A DNA stretch of 64,000 nucleotides from Mobula birostris (Eukaryota): NCBI RefSeq assembly GCF_030028105.1, contig NC_092383.1, forward strand, positions 86,695,921 to 86,759,920. The letters run 5' to 3'. Position 1 is the first letter of the stretch, and every line of letters starts with the position of its first letter. The position numbers were made by a program, and so were the translations under genes. A model generated the notes under the pieces. That model was not told the DNA's origin. It ran no database searches and saw only the letters and a list, made by a program, of their open reading frames with translations. Positions 39,073 to 50,488 of this stretch are shown here, piece after piece.

Positions 39073-39393
39073 TATCAATTACTTGTAGATGAACATAAAA
39101 TCTCGGATTGGGACTTCTTTCTGTAATTCCACAGCTGTACCACCCTGTATCTCGAGAGTGAAGATTCTCCATAGTAACAGTAAATATTCCCTGTTCCGGG
39201 TTATCTGTGATTGACACTCGTCCACTCCGTCCACATTGCCCATTTGTTTCCACTAAAACTGAACATTGGCGAGTCCATCCATGACACCAATACTTTGTGT
39301 GTGAGCGGTACTTTGCTTCATAGTGACAATCAATTGTGATCGCTCTTCCCACAACTCCTGTTACATATTCATCTGCCCACAATGCACCTGAAA
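39073..39393 (-). CDS. Gene B exon: first CD300/pIgR-like V domain (V1)
   Basis: ccttag|TTTCAG|GTGCA tandem acceptors (alternative start 39387) and A|gtaggt donor; open frame with the same cysteine pattern. Confidence 0.88.
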
Positions 39394-42300
39394 CTAAGGA
39401 GGAAGTACTTCAGAAAATTAAGGTGTAAAATCAATTTAGCCAACAAGGCATCTGAAATTGAACAGAAGAATATTCAGATTCCGTGGGAAAGGAATTGCTT
39501 CATATGCTGATGTACATTTTGCAAATAATTACTGCCTGCCCATTATTGATTTAAAAGGAATTCCGTCAGATTTATGATTAAAGATGATTGTAAAAAATCA
39601 TCAGATATTAATCATTAGCTTCTTGCACTGGTTGTGTTCCTGCTCCTCACCTTCCTCATTGTCTCAATCGTCACCCTCCCTGCCATCCACCCGGATCCAT
39701 CTACCTTTTGTTTTCATCTGGGTGCTTCCAGCTATCACCCACCCAGCTCTATCTCCAAACATCACCGCTCCCCTAACCCTATAAGGGTTCCATCTGCCTG
39801 TTATCCTACAGCCCTCTTCGGTCCACTAATGAGCTACTGGCTCCTGTTTCGCCACTCCCCCTCTCCTTTTGATACAGACTATCTTTCCTCTCCACCCTCA
39901 GTCCTAAGATAGGGAATCAAGCCAAAACATCGACAATATCTTTCTCACCCATCTCCCCCCACCCACAGATGCAGCTTGACTCACTGAGTTCCTCCAGCGT
40001 CTGCAGTTGTGTCTCAATAAGAATATCCCTCTTGATCATGTCCTGAGGAGGTGTCTCATGACTTCACAGCCAATGACTTTGGTCTGAAGTACTGCCGGTG
40101 CTGTTGCTATGTCAGTGTTCCCTCCAGTACATTGTGGGGTCACTCCTGCTTCACCATGGGTAACTTCGCTCACCTCAACACTGAACTGATTCCACAATCT
40201 ACTGACTCACTTTCAAGGACTCTACATCTCATTTTCTGAATGTTATTTATCTACCTATCATCTTTTGTAGCCTGGGGAAAAATACACACGCAGGACCACA
40301 AATATTTTTAGGGGTCATTAAGTCCTTTATCTGTTTTAGGTATTTTAATACAGAAAGAGGGTATCAAAATAACATCACAATACACATTAATGAAAAACAC
40401 AGTTCCTGCTGTGACAATCTCAGCTTAATTTCGGTTCATACCCTTGTTTTGTCTACAGTATGAAAATAAATAAAATAAAATATACAGACCAATATGGTAG
40501 TGGCAATTCTATAAAACCATACAAACAATATTAGACTCCCGCCAACCCTGTACCTTATACACAACATCAAAAATATGAATAAATACATCTCATGTTAATT
40601 AAGGGATATACTCACTTTGGCACACACGTGCTTAACTTCCAAACACATATAGGCAAGTTATAGACAAGTTATCCTCGCTCATGCTACGTGAACAGAGATT
40701 AACACATTCACATTACTAGGTTATGTTCACATTTGCTCATGAAACAATAAAGTAAGCCAAAAAAAGACTTTTACAATATAATGCCTTGTAGATAAATTAC
40801 CAGAAAGACTAACCTACTAGGCCAATAAGGAACTTTATGCAACCACACTATCCAACGCTGACATCTTACTCACAGAAATATGAAGCATCCACATGCAAAA
40901 CATGTCAAATTACCGATATTCTAGATTTACAAACAAGTATAAACAAATTTACATGGATATTATCAAATATTATTCATCGTATGACTAGCCTTCAACATTC
41001 TTTCTAGAACCTTCAACTCTTCTTTCTACTCCACACATGCATAATGACATCACTGTTTTCTTTTAAAGGCACAGACAGCTATTTTAGCATTACCAGGGTG
41101 AATACGTAAATGCACTTTAACAATAAATAATGATATTCGATGGTCAGCTGGTTACATTTCTATTTATTTTTGTATTTGCACATTGGTTATTTGTCAGTCT
41201 CTTGTTAGTGTGTAGTTTTACATTGATTCTATTATACTTTTTCTGCTGTGAATGCCCACAAGAAAATTGATTTTTCAGTTGACAACTGGGTGTGAAGATC
41301 AATGGACTCCCTTGATACTCACAGAACCATCGACCATCCATTCTCACCTCACTTGCTCCTTAAATTGTTAACAAGCTGGGTTCTGAATGGTGAGAGTTTG
41401 AAAACTGAGAGAAACTGGTATTGCATGAGGTCTGTAGACTATTTTTGGACTTGTTGTGGTGTTGGTGAAATAGAATAAATGGAGAATATGTCTATAAAGA
41501 TGTATAAAGATGGCTTCCTCCACCTGTACTTGAAAGCTCGATTTCAGCATATAAGAGAAGTTTGGTTAGGGACATGGATAGTAGGGGGATGGAGGGCTAT
41601 GGCATTGGTACCGGTTGATGGAAATGAGCAGTTTAAATGGGTTGGTATGGACTAGATAGGTTAAGGGGCCTGTTTCTGTACTGTACTTTTCTGTGACTCT
41701 ATCACTCTAGATCTGACTATCTATCCTATCTCTGCCTCTCATAATTTTCTAAACTTTCATCAGTCTCTGTCTCCAATCCAACTTTGAACAACTTCTCCTT
41801 ATAGCACATAATCTCTAATCCAGACAGAATCATGTTAAACCCCTTCTGTTCTCTTTCCAAAGCTTCCACATCCTTCATATGATGGGGTCACAACGCTACA
41901 CACATTAATCCATGTGTGGCCTAACTAAAGTTTTATAAGGCTGCAATATGACTTTCTAACTTTCTACTGAATGACTTGCTGATGAAGGCTATATGCCTTC
42001 TGTACCACCTCGTTTAATTGTATGGGAGCTATGAATTCATTATCATCATCATTATGTGCCATATTGTATGATGTAGACAATCATAGTCTCATGGCCATGA
42101 CTGTTTTGGCAAATTTTTCTACAGGAGTGGTTTGTCATTGCCTTCTTCTGGGCAGTGTCTTTACAAGACAGAAGACCTCAGCCATTATCAATACCCTTCA
42201 GAGATTGTCTGTCTGGCGTCAGTGGTCGCATAACCTGGACTTATGACATACACCAGCTGCTCATATGACCATCCACCACCTGCTCCCATGGCATCATGTT

Positions 42301-42439
42301 ACCCTGATCAGGGCTAAACAAGTGCTACACATTGCCCAACGGTGGCCTGCAGGCTAATAGAGAGAAGGAATGTGTTACACCTCCTTTGGTAGAGACATAT
42401 CTCTACCCCACCACCCTAGCTATGGACTAGAACCCCAAA

Positions 42440-42830
42440 CTGCCCCTATATAGTCATAGTCATAGTTTATTGATCCCGGGGGAAATTGGTTTTCATTACA
42501 GTTGCACCATAAATAATTAAATAGTACTAAAACCATAAATAGTTAAATAGTAATATGTAAATTATGCCAGGAACTAAGTCCAGGACCAGCCTATTGGCTC
42601 AGAGTGTCTGACCCTCCAAGGGAGAAGTTGTAAAGTTTGATGGCCACAGGCAGGAATGACTTCCTATGATGCTCTGTGTTGCATCTCGGTGGAATGAGTC
42701 TCTGGCTGAATGTACTCCTGTGTCCACCCAGTACATTATGTAGTGGATGGGAGACATTGGCCAAGATGGCATGCAGCTTGGACAGCATCCTCTTTTCAGA
42801 AGTCATATCCATGCTGTCAAAAGTCCTGCC
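42440..42830 (-). mobile_element. Rex1/Babar 3' end
   Basis: MLSKLHAILANVSHPLH...RLIPPRCNTEHHRKSFLPVAIKLYN. Confidence 0.8.
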
Positions 42831-43302
42831 ATCAACTGACTACTCTCCCTTTACATTTGACGTCTCAAAGAGCAACAACTCACACTTACTTGGATCAAAC
42901 TGGTCTGGCCATTTTTCAGCCAATACCTGTAACTGATTTAAGAAATTAGATTAGTTTTTTTTTTATCACATGTTCATTGAAACATACAGTGAAATGTTTC
43001 ATTTTACTTCAAAGACCAACACAGTCCAAGGATTGTGACAATCTTATACTCTGTCCCAAACTCCATGAACCTTTGTGTCAGTTGCAAACTTACTAAGCCA
43101 GGCATCTACTTTCTGATTCAAGTCACAGAAGCCCCAGCACCAATCTCTTTGGAGCATCCACTGGTAATGGACCTCTAGCCAGAATAACACTTTCCAGCAC
43201 TACTCTCTGTCTTCAATAGAAAAGCCAATTCTGAATCCAAACTACTAAGTCACTGTAGACCCCAACACCTTCATCTTCTGGATCATATTAGAGATTTAGA
43301 GG

Positions 43303-43624
43303 GACATAGGCGCGTGGCCAAGTGGTTAAGGTGTTCATCTAGTGATTTGAAGGTCGTTAGTTCGAGCCTTGGCTGGGGCAGTGTGTTGTGTCCTTGAGCA
43401 AGGCACTTAGACACACATTGCTCTGCAACGACATCAGTGCCAAGCTGTATGGGTCCTAATGCCCTTCCCTTGGACAACATCGGTGGCATGGAGAGGAGAG
43501 CCTTGCAGCATGGGCAACTGCTGGTCTTCCATACAATCTTGCCTAGGCCTGCACCCTGGAAATCTTCCAAGGTCCAAGAAACCTGCACAAATCCATGGTC
43601 TCATGAGACTAACAGATGCCATAG
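43303..43624 (+). mobile_element. tRNA-derived SINE with CORE-like segment
   Basis: A box tggccaagtgg at 43315-43325, B box gttcgagcc at 43360-43368, gtgtccttgagcaaggcactt core-like motif. Confidence 0.75.
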
Positions 43625-44729
43625 GCAAGTGGAATTAGATTATGAAGGCACATGGATGAGTTCGGCCTAGGAGTTTGTTACTGTACTGTGTAACAGTGAG
43701 GGTGAAGAAGAAACTACCAGGTTTTACCAAAGCACGCTGGTTTGGTAATGTCCTTTGATAAGGAGATCTAACATTCCTGTCAGGCATGAACCACCAATGT
43801 GCTTGATTACTAACTGCCTCTCTGACGTGGCTCCAGAATGCCGGCCATTTATTATCTTGAACTCAGTGATGCCCGTAACCCCAAGAATCGGCAACACACT
43901 CACAAACTCCATTTGGCCACTAGAGTGAAAAGGCCGTGGGTGAAGTTGACAAGTTTACATGACTAGCAGTACTGAGCAAGAAGAAAATGGTTCCTCATTG
44001 CAAGAGTAACGCAGACCTTCAGGAGCATGGTCCTGAAGAAAGGATCATTAAACTGGATTTTAATGAACAAAAACAATTGAGTACAAGAGACGATTATATG
44101 TACTCAATTAAAACTGCAGATTATTCGAAACATTACCTTTTAACAGATAACCGACAGGTGGTAAAGAGGCATCTGCACTGGACTAATGATGGTGTGTGGT
44201 CCCAGTTTCTCCTTCACAAGCAAGAGAAAACCTGCAGATGCTGGAAATCAAAGTAATAAACAGAAAATGCTGAGTTCCTCCAGCATTTTGTGTGTATTAC
44301 CTGGGTTCTCCTTGCACACTTTCCAACCGTGCTGGGTTAAACGTCCAGCAACACAGCCTCATTAAACTGGACAAATGCTAAATAAACAGCAAGGTTGCCA
44401 CCTGATGCACCACCAGGCGTGGAAGTAAACAGCAACTTTATAACAGAAGAGAATCATGACCCACGTGTTTCAACTTTGTTACTTGTATAGACTTTTAACT
44501 TAAATGCTCTTCTTCTTCATTTACAATTTATACTAAAAACCTTAGTCAGTATTGGTGCTATATGTGTGGTACGCCAGTGCAGACACACAAGAAATTACTT
44601 GACAACACCTATGGAGTGACATTTTTATATCTTTACAAGTCTACACATAGTTAAACATCTTTGTTGTGGGAACATTGCACAAGACCAAAACACTGATTTT
44701 AAAAATGTCTGGGACTAGCTGTTACTCAC

Positions 44730-44766
44730 CCGGCAGGAAGCAAATGAGAAGAATTAGAATCCACAT
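44730..44766 (-). CDS. Gene B leader exon (MWILILLICFLP)
   Basis: aaaataATG; hydrophobic signal peptide; G|gtgagt phase-1 donor; paralog at 52911. Confidence 0.88.
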
Positions 44767-44915
44767 TATTTTATTCGCAGAAACCAAGCCTGCTTTTGTC
44801 AGTCACCCAGTTCTTAATCTTTGAAGCTAAATATCCACCTAGTAAAAAGGCAATATAGAAACTAAATGAGGAAGAAGGCAAATGAAGTCCAACCATGAAA
44901 GCACAGTGAGTTAAC
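44767..44915 (-). promoter_or_regulatory. Putative proximal promoter/5'UTR of gene B
   Basis: Minus strand gacttcatttgccttcttcctc aligns with gene C gacttcctgttgccttcttcctc; GAGGAAG PU-box-like motif at 44868-44874 (+). Confidence 0.5.
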
Positions 44916-45539
44916 ACTTGAAACCTGAAACCCTCTCAATTTTCTCTCACAAATTATTCTGAACTGATTGACATTGGCAGGTGGAAATAGTGAAAACCAG
45001 CAAGTTAAAATATTAGCAGTGTTATTAATGAGTTAATGACTGAAACATCATGATGAATTGCAAGAAAAGCAGGAAAAAAAGAAAACAAAATCACAAAATT
45101 GTTGAGATTGATTGGAAAATTACATCCCCCGTCTCCCTGGAAGAGGTATCGCACCAGCATCATCTGAAGACAATTAGAAATGGGCAACGACTGCTGATTT
45201 TATCCCACATTTGTACCACTCACCTGACATATACTTACTTAGATAAAAAATTTACTTTGATTAATAGGATATCCATCCCTGGCTGTCACTCATCAGGAAG
45301 AGAAAACATGGGAAGAATCAGACTCCATATTACTTTATCGGCAGGGTCCAGGCCAACATACTTAGTCTGTCACCTGGCTGATAGGGCTGTCAGAAGTGCA
45401 TGCTGAAATGTAAATGAAGAAGAAGGACGCAGGAAATCCAGTACTAAAATCACACTGAGCCAGCTGACAAAGTCTAATAGGCTAATTAACCACTAAAAAT
45501 TCTCCTAGGAGAATAATACACATTTATGAGGGTTATAGT

Positions 45540-45865
45540 CAATGTAAATATGTGCAGGTGTTTTTCCCCTGAGGTTGGGTCAGACTAGAACTACAGGTTA
45601 TAGGTTTAGCATAAAAGGTGAAATATTTAAGGGGAACCTGGGGGCGAAGACCTTCATTCAGAGTGTGGTGAAAGTGTGGAGTGAGCTAACAGGAGAAGTG
45701 ATGGATGCAGGTTCAATTGCGACAGTTCAGAGAAGTTTAGATAGTCACATGGATGTGTTGAGTCTGGAAAGGGTATGGTCCAGATGGAGTTCAATGAGTC
45801 TTTGCAGAAAAACGAGTCAACGTGAACTAGATGGGCTGAAGAGCTGTAGTGTTCTATGACTTTGT
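45540..45865 (+). mobile_element. CR1 3' end
   Basis: RTTGYRFSIKGEIFKGNL..F.QSVVKVW. Confidence 0.8.
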
Positions 45866-47004
45866 AACTGTATTTCTCCCATCATTGCTAGAAATGCTCA
45901 CTCTAGGTATCATTGTACCTCAGTTCTTTCTGGACCCTCCCTGAACTTGGACACACACAGTATCGAGAACACATATCATTATTCTATTCATTAGGAGTTG
46001 GTAGGCTAAAAGCATGGGACTGCAGAGTGTTCATTCTAGTGTCGAGATAATAGGAATTTGACCATTTTGTAGTCAATGTATTGGTTACTGAATCTAAAGG
46101 GAGAGAGCGGAGGTATTTGCAACTTATCAAAGCCTCAGGCATTTCAGTGAGGCATCAGAAAGGGTAGTTGACACATAAACATTATGCCAGCAAGAAAAAG
46201 TAACAGGCTGGGCATTCTGTGGTAAATGATTCTCATCTTAGCTATATTGTGGTTCCCACATTTTCCACAACTACACACCTGCACATATTCCAGTAAGATG
46301 GCAATGTGCTCGGACGCGGTGGTTCCAATCAAAGGTGTATTTGTTCATCTTTTACATCCTTTTTTACAAATGCAGATCACTGCTGGATACTAAGAACATC
46401 AAGTACTGCAGGACTGTCCCATCAGCCAGTTGCTTGATAGGGATGGAGCTGGACATATTACATACCGTCGTGCTGTCACCTAGACTTTTTGGGGACTGTT
46501 GTTGCGCTGAGGCGGTCCGTGGTGTGAGTGATTAGCTTGGACTTTATATTGTGATTGAAAGATCCTATTGGACTTTGGTAAAGTAGAATAGTGCAAGTCG
46601 GGTTCACTGGTTTATTGGTGAGACCGAGGGCAGGTGAGCTGCATGGCCTTGGTTGTGGTGAGGACTAGGCCTGCACAGTGAGGTCGCCTGCTGTAATTAC
46701 CCAGTGGAGGAGGGACCACAGGCAGTGTGAGGGAGTGCAGAAACCTCTATTGGCGCATTGGAATCTGTAGCGGGTTGAAGGCTGACCCCCCCCAGTTGGT
46801 GCTGTTCTCTAATGTCCGCTCTGTGGAAGAAGCTGGACCAGGACAATTTATCAATCTACAGTCATACCACTCAGGGACCAAACCGTTGTTTTTTCCCTTT
46901 CTAATGGTATGTTTTTCTGCAATTGTAACCAAATGTGCTATTTGTGCCAAGTGCCAAGTGAATTGAATTGAATTGGATTGGCTTTATTACTTACATCCTT
47001 CATA

Positions 47005-47415
47005 TAGAACATAGAACATAGAATAGTACAGCACAGTACAGGCCCTTCGGCCCACAATGTTGTGCCGACCCTCAAACCCTACCTCTCATATAAGCCCCAC
47101 CTTAAATTCCTCCATATACCTGTCTAGTAGTCTCTTAAACTTCACTAGCGTATCTGCCTCCACCACTGACTCAGGCAGTGCATTCCACGCACCAACCACT
47201 CTCTGAGTGAAAAACCGTCCTCTAATATCCCCCTTGAACTTCCCACCCCTTACCTTAAAGCCATGTCCTCTTGTATTGAGCAGTGGTGCCCAGAGAAAGA
47301 GGCGCTGGCTATCCACTCTATCTATTCCTCTTATTATCTTGTACACCTCTAACATGTCTCCTCTCATCCTCCTTCTCTCCAAAGAGTAAAGCCCTAGCTC
47401 CCTTAATCTCTGATT
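47005..47415 (-). mobile_element. Young CR1 3' end
   Basis: LRELGLYSLERRRMRGD...WNALPESVVEA; (ttctatg)n tail. Confidence 0.9.
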
Positions 47416-47454
47416 TTTACATGAGGAGTAAAAATCTTTAAGTTGCGTCTCCAT

Positions 47455-48600
47455 CTAAATGTGCAATGTGCAATTTATAGTAATTTATAATAAATAGTAT
47501 GTAAAACAGGATAGTTAGTATAACATAGAAATACAGTTGTGTCAGCATGAGTTAATCAGTCTGATGGCCCGGTGGAAGAAGCTGTCCTGGAGCCTGTTGG
47601 TCCTGGCTTTTATGCTGCAGTACCGTTTCCTGGATGGTAGCAGCTGGAACAGTCTGTGGCTGGGGTGACTCGGGTCCTCAATGACCCTTCAGGCCCTTTT
47701 TACGCACCTGTCTCTGTAAATGTCCTGAATAGTGGGAAGTTCACATCTACAGATGAACTGGGCTGTCTGCACCACTCTCTGCAGAGTCCTGTGATTGAGG
47801 GGAATACAGTTCCCATGCCAGGCAGTGATGTAGCCAGTCAGGATGCCCTCAATTGTGCCCCTGTAGAAAGTTCTTGGGATTTAGAGGCCCACACCAAACT
47901 TCTTCAACTGTCTGAGGTGAAAGAGGCACTGTTGTGCCTTTTTCACCACACAGCTGGTGTGTACAGACCATGTGAGATCCTCAGTGATGTTTATGCCGAA
48001 GAATTTAAAGCTGCTCACCCTCTTAACCCCAGATCGATTGACGTCAATAGAGGTTAGTCTGTCTGCATTCCTCCTGTAGTCCACAACCAGCTCCTTTGTT
48101 ATTGCGACATTGAGGGAGAGGTTGTTTTCTTGACACCAATGTTATGTGATTAGGCCAATCAGTGTAGTGCCATCAGCAAATTTAATTAGCAGACTGGAGC
48201 TGTGGGTGGTGACGCAGTCATGGGTATACAGAGAGTAAAGGAGGGGCCTTAGTACACAGCCCTGAGGGACATTTGTGTTGAAGGGGAGAGGTGAGGGAGC
48301 CCACTCTTACTGCCAACCGGTGATCTGACAGGAAGTCCAGGATCCAGCTGCACAAGGCAGGGTGAAGGCCGAGGAGGTCTCTGAGCTTCTTGTCAAGTCT
48401 GGAGGGAATTATGGTGTTGAACGTTGAACTGTAGTCCAAGAACAGCATTCTCACATAAGCATCCTTCTTCTCCAGGTGTGTAAGGACGGTGTGTAGAGCT
48501 GTGGCTATTGCGTCATCTGTCAATCGGTTGTGTCAGTAGACAAATTGTAGGGGGGCCAGTGTGAGTGGCAGCAAGCTGCAGATGTAGTGTGCAACGGGCT
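47455..48600 (-). mobile_element. Rex1/Babar RT to 3' end
   Basis: [38 protein letters not shown]; FKFFGINITEDLTWS; KAQQCLFHLR. Confidence 0.88.
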
Positions 48601-49029
48601 ATTGGTAATGTATTTGGCACCTTGACCTCGGAAGAACACTGGTTCATTTGTATTCATGTACAGTTGAATCATTATTAAACTTGAACCTGATATTTAATCA
48701 TCGCCTTTGAGGAAATCTTTCACTAGTTCTGAACTATGACTAACCATGAGAATGTTCAGTTCTGGGTGTCACTCACCAGGCAGGAAAGAGGTAGGGTTAT
48801 TAGAACATTCAGGAAAAGAAAACAGCTCTTAATTCTTGGAGCAAAGGGATTATTCAATAGAGATGTTGATAGAATATTTGTGGGGAAGAAGGCAACAGGA
48901 AGTACACTGGTGAAATCACGGTGTGCCTGACATTTGAAAATCTGTAAGAATATTTAACAAATAAAAAGAAAACAATTATTATAAAAAGTAAAAAGAAGAA
49001 GAAACATTTTAAGGTCTGGGTGATTACGG

Positions 49030-49610
49030 ATGGCATCCGTTAGTCTCGCGAGACCATGGATCTGCACCTGGAAGGTCTAGCTTCAGACTCTCCAGGGCAC
49101 AGGCCTGGGCAAGGTTGTATGGAAGACTGGCAGTTGCCCAAGCAGCAAGTCTCCCCTCTCCACGCTACCAGTGTTGTCCAAGGAAAGGGCAAGTGCCGAT
49201 ACAGCTTGGCACCAGTGACATTGCAGAAGTTGCCAGAGCGAGGTTGAAAGCAAAGTCGGACTGCCTTAGGGACTCCAGCTTCGGATTTGTTCTCAGGATT
49301 TACTCCCGAAGCCTTTCCCATGAGTGGGTATGGCTGCAAGGCAGTGGAGGTTTGAAATCTGAGTTTTCCCTCTCTTAGATGGACTGCCTTCCCAGGCTGA
49401 CGAGCTCCATCTACCCGAAGCACTGGTTTTAAGGCTCCAGGACCCGCCTTCGCCCCTTCTCCTGTCAATAGAAACAGTTCCGCTAGGCTTAGAGGCTAAG
49501 CCACACGAGAAGGCCAGGAGTAGGACTTGGTTGTCAGAGGCTATTTGAGGCGCCTGCCATGAGAAGCACTTTTAGGTAGTGGGAGCTTGTCCCCACTACC
49601 GCTCCTCGGC
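49030..49610 (-). mobile_element. Non-autonomous retroposon sharing its 3' segment with the 43303 SINE; head resembles an RTE 5' UTR
   Basis: 49030-49215 is a reverse-complement homolog of 43436-43624; the rest is unrelated to tRNA. Confidence 0.5.
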
Positions 49611-50084
49611 TTGTCAACTTTGGACCCATATTACCCATTTTAAACAGTCTGAAATATTCACAAACAAGCATAGCAACAATTATATTTGGACACCTCACAT
49701 AAAACGAATTGCAGGTACGGTTTGGGAAAGGCGGGAATGCCGAGATTGGACTAAATAAGGACTGTGGGCACACACTCCCTGTTTATGAACATTAAAGATG
49801 GTGGCGGAGGTCAAATTGTTTGACCCATCAGCTGCCTTGTTGTCAGGGCCACCAGCGACCATCCGGTCAGTGGCTGCAGAATGGATATATGATCTCACTG
49901 ATGGCCCGAGGGCCGAGGACTGGTCAGAGGCAATACTTTTTATAGAGGTGTTGTCGAGGCTTTGACTATGGGCACCGACATAATTCTCTTGGGCGGGATT
50001 TGTTCTCATGAGCTTGATTACCAGTTTTATTACAGCAACAGACTGTGACCCCGCTCCATGCAACTGGACCCAGATGTCGGCTTA

Positions 50085-50488
50085 AGGCTGATTTATACTA
50101 GCGTGTACGAGCTACACCGTATCCTATGCAGTAGGCCTGATTTATACTACTGCGTAGCCCTACGCCGTAGCGAGCATGCGTTGTTGCGTCTGCGTCGCTC
50201 TGCAATTCACCGCCAAAATGCTAGTTAGCGGTAGGGTCTCTATGCTACTGTGTTGAGTTTCTTCGTGAGAGACATGGACGAGGAAATGCATTTCAAATAT
50301 TTTTGGATGTAGGCAGGTGGACTTGACGATTTGGTTCATCGTCTCCAACCATTTATTTCACATCAGTGTACAGACATGGCGGAGAAAATCAACCAGAAAT
50401 GCGTAGGAGGAAATGCGATGCTACCAAGCGGACCAATCACAGTTGTTGCGGTCTGCGTCACATTTGACGCAGAAGTATAAATTGGGCT
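50085..50488. mobile_element. PIF/Harbinger-type MITE
   Basis: Imperfect TIRs AGGCTGATTTATACT and AGTATAAATTGGGCT with a TTA target duplication (50082-50084, 50489-50491); CpG-rich. Confidence 0.75.

Noticed and set aside
43720-44210. Unique-looking sequence with an 89-aa ORF in gene B intron 1
   Set aside because: No recognisable motif or splice signals, so no call can be supported.
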